A DNA stretch of 52,912 bases from Nemertoderma westbladi (lineage: Eukaryota > Animalia > Xenacoelomorpha), in contig JAUCBJ010000418.1 of NCBI GenBank assembly GCA_032718475.1, forward strand, positions 1 through 52,912, read 5' to 3'. The first letter of the stretch is position 1. Every line of letters begins with the position of its first letter. Both the position numbers and the translations under genes were made by a program. Below, piece after piece: positions 1-13,822 of this stretch. The notes beneath the pieces were generated by a model that was not told the origin of the DNA, made no database searches, and saw only the letters and a program-made list of their open reading frames with translations.

Positions 1-390
1 AGCAGTAGTTCCAGTACTCCCCTATGAGGGTTTATGCTGGGCTCTAACTTGCGGAGGACACCAAATCTCTGGATGGCACATTCACAAGAATGCTACGCCG
101 GGTTCAGTGTTGTCAAGTAAAATGCACACATCTCCAACCAGACACTATATAACATTGGAGGTATCTCATTGGTTCCACCAAGCTTGACACTACAACAAAG
201 TCGCCTCCGCTTTGCAGGACATTGCTTTCGCCGTGAGGACCAGCCAGTGCATAATATTGTACTTTGGCAGCCTCATGGAGTGAATAAGCATGGTGGACAG
301 CCCATGACTTTCTTGAGACGCATCTTAAAGGACACTGGCCTTGAAGATGCGGATGATCTAGATGCAATGCATAGACATACACTTATCTCA
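1..390 (+). pseudogene. RTE-type LINE 3' fragment (region C-terminal to RT), degenerate
   Basis: Translation ...RLRFAGHCFRREDQPVHNIVLWQPHG..GGQPMT matches the RLR.AGH..R...P....LW.P.G.R..GRP C-terminal signature of RTE-clade ORF2. Frameshifted. A second copy lies inverted at 50586-50873. Confidence 0.75.
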
Positions 391-412
391 TGAGTTCATT
401 AACTCATGTGTA

Positions 413-537
413 ACTAATTTCGTTAACCTGTAATGGAACCATTGGTATCTTTGTTTCTTCATTGGCAATTGGGTTTGGCACAATGCAATGAATACACAAT
501 GATACCAATGGTTCCAGCACAGGTTAACGAAGTTAGT
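413..537. repeat. ~125-bp imperfect palindrome (MITE-like hairpin)
   Basis: Left arm actaatttcgttaacctgtaatggaaccattggtatc pairs with right arm gataccaatggttccagcacaggttaacgaagttagt. Pairing continues inward (ttcattg/caatgaa). Confidence 0.8.
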
Positions 538-879
538 GCTGATAATGGGGTGAGCAATTCATTGTTGTGCTGGTGTGGTCGTACATTAATTAAACCCCAT
601 TGAATCTCCAATGTCTTTGTTTTGTTTGGTTTGCAACCAGGATGACGAATAGAGAAACATTCTGGCAGTTAATCGGGAACGAGTTACAGTTTCTGGTATT
701 CAGTTGCGCAGTCGATCACAGCTACAACAGCTTTACTATACTGATTATATCATTGAAACCAATGATGAGGAAAGTTCATCTTATGATTTTCAACCCACTT
801 CCTTGCGACGTGAGTAAGTTGCTAGATGACGGGTTCTTTATTTTATTGGGACCAATTCTATTGTGAATGATGAAGATAC

Positions 880-1226
880 CTTTCAGGAAGATGTTTCTTC
901 CTCTGTTCGTGTGGAGGTTCACTGTGATAATGTGTTCGATGCTGTCATGAAGTTGTTCCTGGTTTTGGTGGAGATTTATCTGATGAAGATTCTATGAAGT
1001 TAAAGTTTACTATTAGCTTTTATGGAGAATCTGGTGTTGATGACAAGGGACTATCAAGAGAACTACTTTATTTATTCTGGGAAGAATTCTATGTAAAGGC
1101 AACATGTGGTACTGATGTTCTTTTACCAATAATTCGACACGATTGGCAAGATAGCACCTGGCAAATAATTGGTAGAATACTTGCTTAAGGTGTCAATCAA
1201 TTATCCGTGTATTCCACTATTAATCC
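880..1226 (+). pseudogene. HECT-like (G2E3-type) domain N-lobe fragment, degenerate
   Basis: VEVHCDNVFDAVMKLF ... KFTISFYGESGVDDKGLSRELLYLFWEEF ... IIGRILA fits the HECT F.GE.G.D.GG..RE motif. Frameshifts and a stop present. Confidence 0.65.
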
Positions 1227-1227
1227 C

Positions 1228-1655
1228 TGTACTACAAACCTCCAGTCGATAAGTTTATGGTCACTGTCCATATGCCACAATGAATTTGCAGACCGTACAG
1301 AATAAACCCAACATTGAATAGCTCTATGAAATCGTGATATGAAATCGAAATGAAAGCAATTCCTAGAGGATCAATCATATCATATCTTTCACGCAGGTGC
1401 CAACATTGAATGTAAATATTTCGCGCTTTCAATGTCCCATTTAAATATACATCCCCTATATTTGGAGTGCGCTGAATGACATCTTGAATGGCTATGTCTA
1501 TATGACCTCATTAGAAATCGCAGTGACACGAGAATAAAGAAGTCCATTTTCACCATGCGCTAACATTTAACAATTTGGCGACATCGTCAGTTTTAAATCA
1601 TAAATTAGTCAGAAAGCAAAGGGATTCTTCATTTATTATAAGTTTAGGCTGGCCA
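1228..1655 (-). pseudogene. Integrase-like DDE transposase N-terminal fragment (IS3EU-like), degenerate
   Basis: Minus-strand pieces GQPKLIINEESLCFL*, FKTDDVAKLLNVS (HTH-like), PNIGDVYLNGTLKARNIYIQ..LRE..DMIDPLG and VYSVRSANSLWHMDSDHKLIDWRFVV match the YSV..PNSLWHIDG.HKL..WRFV integrase-core family. Confidence 0.7.
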
Positions 1656-1799
1656 CTAAGATTGGCAAATGCCATACTGTATTGATTATATTAATATACA
1701 GTAAACAGGTAAATGTGGGTATGTAATGTTCTGAAATATTATGACTGGTGTAATTATTATAATAAGTTTTATTGATAAATGCTTTTCTTGGATTGAGAA

Positions 1800-4700
1800 G
1801 GCATTCTCGGGTGAAGTTTGCATTCTCGGGCCGAGTTTACATTCTCGGGTCGAGTTTGCATTCTCGGGCCGAATTTGCATTCTCGGGTCAAATTTGCATT
1901 CTCGGGCCGAGATTGCATTCTCAGGCAGAGTTTGCATTCTCGGGTCGAGTTTGCTTCTCGGCCACCGAGTTTGCATTCTCGGGCCGAGATTGCATTCTCA
2001 GGCAGAGTTTGCATTCCCAGGTCGAGTTTGCATTCTCGGGCAGAGTTTGCATTCTCAGCCACCGAGTTTGCATTCTCGGGCTGAGTTTGCATTCTCGGCC
2101 TCTGAGTTTGCATTCTCGGCCACCGAGTTTGCACTCTCGGGCTGAGTTTGCATTCTCGGGCAGAGTTTGCATTCTCGGCCACCGAGTTTGCATTCTCGGG
2201 CTGAGATTGCATTCTCGGCCACCGAGTTTGCATTCTCGGGCTGAGTTTGCATTCTCGGGCAGAGTTTGCATTCTCGGCCACCGAGATTGCATTCTCAGGA
2301 AGTGTTTGCATTCTCAGGCAGAGTTTGCATTCTCAGGCAGAGTTTGCATTCTCGGGTCGAGTTTGCATTCTCGGACAGAGTTTACTTTCTCGGCCACCGA
2401 GTTTGCATTCTCGGGCCGAGATTGCATTCTCAGGCAGAGTTTGCATTCTCGGGTCGAGTTTGCATTCTCGGCCACCGAGTTTGCATTCTCGGCCACCGAG
2501 TTTGCATTCTCGGGCAGAGTCTGCATTCTCGGCCACCGAGTTTGCATTCTCGGGCAGAGTTTGCATTCTCGGGCTGAGTTTGCATTCTCGGGCAGAGTTT
2601 GCATTCTCGGCCACCGAGTTTGCATTCTCGGCCACCGAGTTTGCATTCTCGGGCCGAGATTGCATTCTCAGGCAGAGTTTGCATTCTCGGGTCGAGTTTG
2701 CATTTTCGGGCAGAGTTTGCATTCTCGGGCCGAGTTTGCATTCTCGGGCCGAGTTTGCATTCTCGGGCCGAGTTTGCATTCTTGGGCTGAGTTTGCATTC
2801 TCGGGCCAAGTTTGCATTCTCGGCCACCGAGTTTGAATTCTCGGGCCGAGATTGCATTCTCGGGTCGAGTTTGCATTCTCGGGCAGAGTTTGCATTCTCG
2901 GCCACCGTGTTTGCATTCTCGGGCCGAGTTTGCATTCTCGGGCCGAGTTTGCATTCTCGGGCCGAATTTGCATTCTCGGGCAGAGTTTGCAATCTCGGGC
3001 AGAGTTTGCATTCTCGGGCCAAGTTTGCATTCTCGGCCACCGAGTTTGAATTCTCGGGCCGAGATTGCATTCTCGGGTCGAGTTTGCATTCTCGGGCAGA
3101 GTTTGCATTCTCGGCCACCGTGTTTGCATTCGCGGGCCGAGATTGCATTCTCGGGTCGAGTTTGCATTCTCGGGCAGAGTTTGCATTCTCGGCCACCGAG
3201 TTTGAATTCTCGGGCCGAGATTGCATTCTCGGGTCGAGTTTGCATTCTCGGGCAGAGTTTGCATTCTCGGCCACCGAGTTTGCATTCTCGGGACGAGTTT
3301 GCATTCTCGGGCAGAGTTTGCATTCTCGGCCACCGAGTTTGCATTCTCGGGGCTGAGATTTGCATTCTCGGGCTCGAGTTTGCATTCTCGGGCAGAGTTT
3401 GCATTCGCGGGCCGAGATTGCATTCTCGGGCCAAGTTTGCATTCTCGGCCACCGAGTTTGCATTCTCAGGAGAGTTTGCATTCTCGGCAGAGTTTGCATT
3501 CTCGGGTCGAGTTTGCATTCTCGGGCCGATATTGCATTCTCAGGCAGAGTTTGCATTCTCGGGTCGAGTTTGCATTCTCAGGCAGAGTTTGCATTCTCGG
3601 CCCCGAGTTTGAATTCTCGGGCCGAGATTGCATTCTCGGGTCGAGTTTGCATTCTCGGGCAGAGTTTGCATTCTCGGCCACCGAGTTTGCATTCTCGGCC
3701 ACCGAGTTTGCATTCTCGGGCCGAGTTTGCATTCTCGGGCCGAGTTTGCATTCTCGGGTCGAGTTTGCATTCTCGGGCCGAATTTGCATTCTCGGGCCGA
3801 TATTGCATTCTCGGGCAGAGTTTGGATTCTCGGGCCGAGATTGCATTCTCAGGCAGAGTTTGCATTCTCGGGTCGAGTTTGCTTTCTCGGCCACCGAGTT
3901 TGCATTCTCGGGCCGAGATTGCATTCTCAGGCAGAGTTTGCATTCCCGGGTCGAGTTTGCATTCTCGGGCAGAGTTTGCATTTTCGGCCACCGAGTTTGC
4001 ATTCTCGGGCTGAGTTTGCATTCTCGGCCACTGAGTTTGCATTCTCGGCCACCGAGTTTGCATTCTCGGGCTGAGTTTGCATGCTCGGGCAGAGTTTGCA
4101 TTCTCGGCCACCGAGTTTGCATTCTCGGGCTGAGTTTGCATTCTCGGCCACCGAGTTTGCATTCTCGGGCTGAGTTTGCATTCTCGGGCAGAGTTTGCAT
4201 TCTCGGCCACCGAGATTGCATTCTCAGGAAGAGTTTGCATTCTCAGGCAGAGTTTGCATTCTCAGGCAGAGATTGCATTCTCGGGTCGAGTTTGCATTCT
4301 CGGGCAGAGTTTGCTTTCTCGGCCACCGAGTTTGCATTCTCGGGCCGAGATTGCATTCTCAGGCAGAGTTTGCATTCTCGGGTCGAGTTTGCATTCTCGG
4401 CCACCGAGTTTGCATTCTCGGGCAGAGTTTGCATTCTCGGGCCGAGTTTGCATTCTCGGGCTGAGTTTGCATTCTCGGGCCGAGTTTGCATTCTCGGGCC
4501 GAGTTTGCATTCTTGGGCTGAGTTTGCAATCTCGGGCCGAGTTTGCATTCTCGGGCAGAGTTTGCAATCTCGGGCAGAGTTTGCATTCTCGGGCCGAGTT
4601 TGCATTCTCGGGCCGAGTTTGCATTCTTGGGCTGAGTTTGCAATCTCGGGCCGAGTTTGCATTCTCGGGCAGAGTTTGCAATCTCGGGCAGAGTTTGCAT

Positions 4701-6621
4701 TCTCGGGCCGATATTCCATTCTCAGGCAGAGTTTGCATTCTCGGCCAGAGTTTGCATTCTCGGCCGCCGAGTTTGCATTCTCGGGCAGAGTTTGCATTCT
4801 CGGCCACCGAGTTTGCATTCTCGGGCCGAGATTGCATTCTCGGCCAGAGTTTGCATTCTCGGGCTCGAGTTTGCATTCTCGGCCACTGAGTTTGCATTCT
4901 CGGCCACCGAGTTTGCATTCTCGGGCTCGAGTTTGCATTCTCGGGCAGAGTTTGCATTCTCGGCCACCGAGTTTGCATTCTCGGGCGAGTTTGCATTCTC
5001 GGGCAGAGTTTGCATTCTCGGCCACCGAGTTTGCATTCTCGGGCTGAGTTTGCATTCTCGGCCACCGAGTTTGCATTCTCGGGCTGAGTTTGCATTCTCG
5101 GGCAGAGTTTGCATTCTCGGCCACCGAGATTGCATTCTCAGGAAGAGTTTGCATTCTCAGGCAGAGTTTGCATTCTCGGGCCGAGTTTGCATTCTCGGGC
5201 TCGAGTTTGCATTCTCGGGCTGAGTTTGCTTTCTCGGCCACCGAGTTTGCATTCTCGGGCTGAGTTTGCATTCTCGGGCAGAGTTTGCATTCTCGGCCAC
5301 CGAGATTGCATTCTCAGGAAGAGTTTGCATTCTCAGGCAGAGTTTGCATTCTCGGGTCGAGTTTGCATTCTCGGCCACCGAGTTTGCATTCTCGGCCACC
5401 GAGTTTGCATTCGTGGGCAGAGTTTGCATTCTCGGACACCGAGTTTGCATTCTCGGGCTGAGTTTGCATTCTCGGCCACCGAGTTTGCATTCTCGGGCTG
5501 AGTTTGCATTCTCGGGCAGAGTTTGCATTCTCGGCCACCGAGTTTGCATTCTCGGGCCGAGATTGCATTCTCAGGCAGAGTTTGCATTCTCGGGTCGAGT
5601 TTGCATTCTCGGGCAGAGTTTGCATTCTCGGGCCGAGTTTGCATTCTCGGGCCGAGTTTGCATTCTCGGGCCGAGTTTGCATTCTTGGGCTGAGTTTGCA
5701 ATCTCGGGCCGAGTTTGCATTCTCGGGCAGAGTTTGCAATCTCGGGCAGAGTTTGCATTCTCGGGCCAAGTTTGCATTCTCGGCCACCGAGTTTGAATTC
5801 TCGGGCCGAGATTGCATTCTCGGGTCGAGTTTGCATTCTCGGGCAGAGTTTGCATTCTCGGCCACCGTGTTTGCATTCGCGGGCCGAGATTGCATTCTCG
5901 GGCCGAGTTTGCATTCTCGGGCCGAGATTGCATTCTCGGGTCGAGTTTGCATTCTCGGGCAGAGTTTGCATTCTCGGCCACCGTGTTTGAATTCTCGGGC
6001 CGAGATTGCATTCTCGGGTCGAGTTTGCATTCTCGGGCAGAGTTTGCATTCTCGGCCACCGTGTTTGCATTCGCGGGCCGATATTGCATTCTCAGGCAGA
6101 GTTTGCATTCTCGGGTCGAGTTTGCATTCTCAGGCAGAGTTTGCATTCTCGGGTCGAGTTTGCATTCTCGGCCACCGAGTTTGCATTCTCGGGCCGAGTT
6201 TGCATTCTCGGGTCGAGTTTGCATTCTCGGGTCGAGTTTGCATTCTCGGGCAGAGTTTGCATTCTCGGCCACCGAGTTTGCATTCTCGGGCCGAGATTGC
6301 ATTCTCGGCCACCGAGTTTGAATTCTCGGGCCGAGTTTGCATTCTCGGGTCGAGTTTGCATTCTCGGGTCGAGTTTGCATTCTCGGGCAGAGTTTGCATT
6401 CTCGGCCACCGAGTTTGCATTCTCGGGCCGAGATTGCATTCTCAGGCAGAGTTTGCATTCTCGGGTCGAATTTGCATTCTCAGGCAGAGTTTGCATTATC
6501 GGCCACCGAGTTTGCATTCTCAGGCAGAGTTTGCATTCTCGGCCACCGAGTTTGCATTCTCGGGCCGAGTTTGCATTCTCGGGTCGAGTTTGCATTCTCG
6601 GGCCGAGTTTGCATTCTCAGG
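1800..6621. repeat. Satellite of mixed 19- and 21-bp units (gagtttgcattctcgggcc / gagtttgcattctcggccacc), ~245 copies
   Basis: Direct tandem repetition with variable linkers (gggcc, gggca, gggtc, gggct, ggccacc, aggca). Confidence 0.97.
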
Positions 6622-6784
6622 TCAGGTCACGGCCCAGGCCATTCTGCACTCCACCCACTTTAATTCCCCCCAAGGTTCTGATTCGATTCTACTCATTATC
6701 AAACTTAGCTTTAGAAATTAAAAAAATTCATTTGATTAGCAAAAAATTATAAAGTTTCATGGGTCATTTAGTGTATTTCACTAA

Positions 6785-6881
6785 TTATAGAAAATTCCGG
6801 TTCCGGCCGGAATATTCCGGCATGTTGAATTCCGGTTCCGGTTCCGGCCAGAATCAAAAAATCGATTCCGGGACATCCCTA
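6785..6881. mobile_element. One end of a non-autonomous hAT-like element
   Basis: Ends in ...gggacatcccta (TAGGGATG terminus on the minus strand) with clustered ttccgg/ccggaa subterminal motifs. Abuts the 62-bp satellite. Other end not found. Confidence 0.55.
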
Positions 6882-9800
6882 AACTATACTGGGTTTCTAC
6901 TCACAGGCCCCATTACCTAACCCACCCACCTCCAGGTCACAAAACTCTACTGGGTTTCTACACACAGGCCAAATTACCGAACCCACCCACCTCCAGGTCA
7001 CAAAACTCTACTGGGTTTCTACACACAGGCCAAATTACCGAACCCACCCACCTCCAGATCACAAAACTCTACTGGGTTTCTACACACAGGCCAAATTACC
7101 GAACCCACCCACCTCCCTCCAGGTCACAAAACTCTACTGGGATTCTACACACAGCCCCCATTACCTAACCCACCCACCTCCAGGTCACAAAACTCTACTG
7201 GGTTTCTACACACAGGCCAAATTACCGAACCCACCCACCTCCAGGTCACTAAACTCTACCGGGTTTCTACACACAGCCCCCATTACATGACCCACCCACC
7301 TCCAGGTCACGAAAAGCTACACCGGGTTTCTACACATAGGCCCCATTACCGAACCCACCCACCTCCAGGTCACTGAAACGCTACTGGGTTTCTACACACA
7401 GCCCCCATTACCGAACCCACCCACCTCCAGGTCACTGAAAGCTACACCGGGTTTCTACACACAGCCCCCATTACCGAATCCACCCACTCCAGGTCACTAA
7501 ACTCTACTAGGTTTCTACACACAGCCCCCATTACCTAACCCACCCACCTCCAGGTCACGAAAAGCTACACCGGGTTTCTACACACAGGCCCAATTACCGA
7601 ACCCACCCACCTCCAGGTCACTGAAAGCTACACCGGGTTTCTACACACAGCCCCCATTACCGAATCCACCCACCTCCAGGTCATTAAACTCTACTGGGTT
7701 TCTACACACAGGCCAAATTACCTAACCCACCCACCTCCAGGTCACGAAAAGCTACACCGGGTTTCTACACACAGGCCCCATTACCGAACCCACCCACCTC
7801 CACGTCACTGAAAGCTACTGGGTTTCTACACACAGGCCAAATTACCGAACCCACCCACCTCCAGGTCACTAAACTCTACCGGGTTTCTACACACAGCCCC
7901 CATTACATGACCCACCCACCTCCAGGTCACGAAAAGCTACACCGGGTTTCTACACATAGGCCCCATTACCGAACCCACCCACCTCCAGGTCACTGAAAGC
8001 TACTGGGTTTCTACACACAGCCCCCATTACCGAACCCACCCACCTCCAGGTCACTAAACTCTACTAGGTTTCTACACACAGCCCCCATTACCTAACCCAC
8101 CCACCTCCAGGTCACGAAAAGCTACACCGGGTTTCTACACACAGGCCCAATTACCGAACCCACCCACCTCCAGGTCACAAAACTCTACTAGGTTTCTACA
8201 CACAGCCCCCATTACCTAACCCACCCACCTCCAGGTCACGAAAAGCTACACCGGGTTTCTACACACAGGCCCAATTACCGAACCCACCCACCTCCAGGTC
8301 ACTGAAAGCTACACCGGGTTTCTACACACAGCCCCCATTACCGAACCCACCCACCTCCAGGTCACTAAACTCTACTAGGTTTCTACACACAGCCCCCATT
8401 ACCTAACCCACCCACCTCCAGGTCACGAAAAGCTACACCGGGTTTCTACACACAGGCCCAATTACCGAACCCACCCACCTCCAGGTCACTGAAAGCTACA
8501 CCGGGTTTCTACACACAGCCCCCATTACCGAACCCACCCACCTCCAGGTCAGAAAACTCTACCAGGTTTCTACACACAGCCCCCATTACCGAATCCACCC
8601 ACCTCCAGGTCATTAAACTCTACTGGGTTTCTACACACAGGCCAAATTACCTAACCCACCCACCTCCAGGTCACGAAAAGCTACACCGGGTTTCTACACA
8701 CAGGCCCCATTACCGAACCCACCCACCTCCACGTCACTGAAAGCTACTGGGTTTCTACACACAGCCCCCATTACCGAACCCACCCACCTCCAGGTCACGA
8801 AAAGCTACACCGGGTTTCTACACACAGCCCCCATTACCGAACCCACCCACCTCCAGGTCACTGAAAGCTACACCGGGTTTCTACACACAGCCCACATTAC
8901 CGAATCCACCCACTCCAGGTCACTAAACTCTACTAGGTTTCTACACACAGCCCCCATTACCTAACCCACCCACCTCCAGGTCACGAAAAGCTACACCGGG
9001 TTTCTACACACAGCCCCCATTACCGAATCCACCCACCTCCAGGTCACTGAAAGCTACACCGGGTTTCTACACACAGCCCCCATTACCGAATCCACCCACC
9101 TCCAGGTCACTAAACTCTACTAGGTTTCTACACACAGCCCCCATTACCTAACCCACCCACCTCCAGGTCACGAAAAGCTACACCGGGTTTCTACACACAG
9201 GCCCAATTACCGAATCCACCCACCTCCAGGTCATTAAACTCTACTGGGTTTCTACACACAGCCCCCATTACCTAACCCACCCACCTCCAGGTCACAAAAC
9301 TCTACTGGGTTTCTACACACAGCCCCCATTACCTAACCCACCCACCTCCAGGTCACGAAAAGCTACACCGGGTTTCTACACACAGGCCCAATTACCGAAC
9401 CCACCCACCTCCAGGTCACTGAAAGCTACACCGGGTTTCTACACACAGCCCCCATTACCGAATCCACCCACCTCCAGGTCATTAAACTCTACTGGGTTTC
9501 TACACACAGCCCCCATTACCGAACCCACCCACCTCCAGGTCACTGAAAGCTACACCGGGTTTCTACACACAGCCCCCATTACCTAACCCACCCACCTCCA
9601 GGTCACGAAAAGCTACACTGGGTTTCTACACACAGCCCCCATTACCGAACCCACCCACCTCCAGGTCACGAAAAGCTACACTGGGTTTCTACACACAGCC
9701 CCCATTACCTAACCCACCCACCTCCAGGTCACTGAAAGCTACACCGGGTTTCTACACACAGCCCCCATTACCTAACCCACCCACCTCCAGGTCACGAAAA

Positions 9801-12800
9801 GCTACACTGGGTTTCTACACACAGCCCCCATTACCGAACCCACCCACCTCCAGGTCACTGAAAGCTACACCGGGTTTCTACACACAGCCCCCATTACCGA
9901 ATCCACCCACCTCCAGGTCATTAAACTCTACTGGGTTTCTACACACAGGCCAAATTACCGAACCCACCCACCTCCACTCCAGGTCACAAAACTATACTGG
10001 GTTTCTACACACAGGCCCAATTACCGAACCCACCCACCTCCAGGTCACTAAACTCTACCGGGTTTCTAAACACAGCCCCCATTACCTAACCCACCCACCT
10101 CCAGGTCACGAAAAGCTACACCGGGTTTCTACACACAGCCCCCATTACCGAATCCACCCACCTCCAGGTCACTAAACTCTACTAGGTTTCTACACACAGC
10201 CCCCATTACCTACCACCTCCAGGTCACGAAAAGCTACACCGGGTTTCTACACACAGGCCCAATTACCGAACCCACCCACCTCCAGGTCACTGAAAGCTAC
10301 ACCGGGTTTCTACACACAGCCCCCATTACCGAATCCACCCACCTCCAGGTCACTAAACTCTACTAGGTTTCTACACACAGCCCCCCTTTACCGAACCCAC
10401 CCACCTCCAGGTCATTAAACTCTACTGGGTTTCTACACACAGGCCCAATTACCAAACCCACCCACCTCCAGGTCATTAAACTCTACTGGGTTTCTACACA
10501 CAGGCCAAATTACCGAACCCACCCACCTCCCTCCAGGTCACAAAACTATACTGGGTTTCTACTCACAGGCCCCATTACCGAACCCACCCACCTCCAGGTC
10601 ACAAAACTATACTGGGTTTCTACACACAGGCCCAATTACTGAACCCACCCACCTCCAGGTCACTAAACTCTACCGGGTTTCTACACACAGCCCCCATTAC
10701 CTAACCCACCCACCTCCAGGTCACGAAAAGCTACACCGGGTTTCTACACACAGGCCCAATTACCGAACCCACCCACCTCCAGGTCACTAAACTCTACTAG
10801 GTTTCTACACACAGGCCCCATTACCTAACCCACCCACCTCCAGGTCACTGAAAGCTACACCGGGTTTCTACACACAGGCCCCATTACCGAACCCACCCAC
10901 CTCCAGGTCATTAAACTCTACTAGGTTTCTACACACAGCCCCCATTACCTAACCCACCCACCTCCAGGTCACTAAACTCTACTAGGTTTCTACACACAGC
11001 CCCCATTACCTAACCCACCCACCTCCAGGTCACGAAAAGCTACACCGGGTTTCTACACACAGGCCCAATTACCGAACCCACCCACCTCCAGGTCACTAAA
11101 CTCTACTAGGTTTCTACACACAGGCCCCATTACCTAACCCACCCACCTCCAGGTCACTAAACTCTACTGGGTTTCTACACACAGGCCCAATTACCGAACC
11201 CACCCACCTCCAGGTCATTAAACTCTACTAGGTTTCTACACACAGCCCCCATTACCTAACCCACCCACCTCCAGGTCACTAAACTCTACTAGGTTTCTAC
11301 ACACAGCCCCCATTACCTAACCCACCCACCTCCAGATCACGAAAAGCTACACCGGGTTTCTACACACAGCCCCCATTACCGAATCCACCCACCTCCAGGT
11401 CACAAAACTCTACCAGGTTTCTACACACAGCCCCCATTACCGAATCCACCCACCTCCAGGTCACTAAAATCTACTAGGTTTCTACACACAGCCCCCATTA
11501 CCTAACCCACCCACCTCCAGGTCACGAAACTCTACCAGGTTTCTACACACAGCCCCCATTACCGAATCCACCCACCTCCAGGTCATTAAACTCTACTAGG
11601 TTTCTACACACAGCCCCCATTACCTAACCCACCCACCTCCAGGTCACAAAACTCTACCAGGTTTTACACACAGGCCCCATTACCTAACCCACCCACCTCC
11701 AGGTCATTAAACTCTACTAGGTTTCTACACACAGCCCCCATTACCTAACCCACCCACCTCCCTCCAGGTCACGAAAAGCTACACCGGCTTTCTACACACA
11801 GGCCCAATTACCGAACCCACCCACCTCCAGGTCACTGAAAGCTACACCGGGTTTCTACACACAGCCCCCATTACCGAATCCACCCACCTCCAGGTCATTA
11901 AACTCTACTGGGTTTCTACACACAGGCCAAATTCCCGAACCCACCCACCTCCAGGTCACAAAACTATACTGGGTTTCTACACACAGGCCCAATTACCGAA
12001 CCCACCCACCTCCAGGTCACTAAACTCTACCGGGTTTCTACACACAGCCCCCATTACCTAACCCACCCACCTCCAGGTCACAAAACTCTACTGGGTTTCT
12101 ACACACAGGCCAAATTACCGAACCCACCCACCTCCAGGTCACTAAACTCTACCGGGTTTCTACACATAGCCCCCATTACCTAACCCACCCACCTCCAGGT
12201 CACAAAACTCTACTGGGTTTCTACACACAGCCCCCATTACCTAACCCACCCACCTCCAGGTCACTGAAAGCTACACCGGGTTTCTACACACAGCCCCCAT
12301 TACTTAACCCACCCACCTCCAGGTCACTAAACTCTACTAGGTTTCTACACACAGCCCCCATTACCTAACCCACCCACCTCCAGGTCACGAAAAGCTACAC
12401 CGGGTTTCTACACACAGCCCCCATTACTTAACCCACCCACCTCCAGGTCACGAAAAGCTACACCGGGTTTCTACACACAGGCCCAATTACCGAACCCACC
12501 CACCTCCAGGTCACTGAAAGCTACTGGGTTTCTACACACAGCCCCCATTACCGAATCCACCCACCTCCAGGTCATTAAACTCTACTAGGTTTCTACACAC
12601 AGCCCCCATTACCTAACCCACCCACCTCCAGGTCACTGAAAGCTACACCGGGTTTCTACACACATCCCCCATTACCGAATCCACCCACCTCCAGGTCATT
12701 AAACTCTACTGGGTTTCTACACACAGGCCAAATTACCGAACCCACCCACCTCCAGGTCACAAAACTATACTGGGTTTCTACACACAGGCCCAATTACCGA

Positions 12801-12945
12801 ACCCACCCACCTCCAGGTCACTAAACTCTACCGGGTTTCTACACACAGCCCCCATTACCTAACCCACCCACCTCCAGGTCACAAAACTCTACTGGGTTTC
12901 TACACACAGGCCAAATTACCGAACCCACCCACCTCCAGGTCACTA
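6882..12945. repeat. 61-63 bp satellite, distal block (~98 units), derived from the MESD exon2/intron2 junction
   Basis: Unit aaactctactgggtttctacacacagcccccattaccgaacccacccacctccaggtcac and variants (gaaagctacaccggg). Confidence 0.97.
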
Positions 12946-13822
12946 CACTGAAAAAAGTAAGTGGTGGTATTTTGTTAAAAAACTGCCGGTTTGCAAGAAC
13001 TACCTGGGGTTGTTTTGCAACGAAAACCACCGCAGGTTGTTTTTACAAACCGGAGGTAAATAAACATTGCCAAGAACTGGCAGTTGTGCAAACCGGGGGT
13101 TGATTATCTCTCGTAAAACCGGCGGTTCCATAACCCCCAGTTGTTTAGAACCTAAAAATGCGTTGTAAAACCTCTGGTATTTTATATCGCAAGGAACTGC
13201 CTGTTTCTGTAACCTCAGGTTCTGGTTTAACGCAAATTCCCGGTAGAATATTTAATCGGCATTTATTAACCTATGGTTTACTGCTGGTAACTGGCGTTTC
13301 AACTATTTAAAACTGCCGGTTTTCTCAAAAAACCACAGGTAAAACGGCAACCAAATAAACCAGTTTTTAAGAAACCGCCGTTTAATTGACAGTCAACTGG
13401 CGGTTTTATTTGAGAAAACTGGCAGTAATTTAAATAAACTGAGGTTTTAATTTATTTATAACCTATGGTTATAAAAGAAAAACCCAGAGTTAAAACGTAC
13501 TAACCTGTGGTTATAAAGAGCAAAAAAAGCTTATAAACCTGTGGTTATCTGGAAATAATGTTTGGTTAGGAGCACAGGACATTCAGGGCACACATGAAGC
13601 TCAATGTTACAACATTGAGATATGGGATGATCTACAAATAGTGTTTTGATTATTAATTTTAATATCATTTGTCTTCATTTCAGCCATATTAGATAATTCA
13701 TTTCAATTAATTTATATAAATTAATTAATTTTAATTAATTAAATTTTAATTAAATTAAGTTTAATTAATAATTTAAAATTATGTTTTGATTATATATATT
13801 TACTTATTATATTTACATATAC

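Noticed and set aside
1686-6752. Dozens of long ORFs (up to 608 aa) on both strands
   Set aside because: Artefacts of a stop-poor 19/21-bp repeat. The same peptides cycle through all frames.
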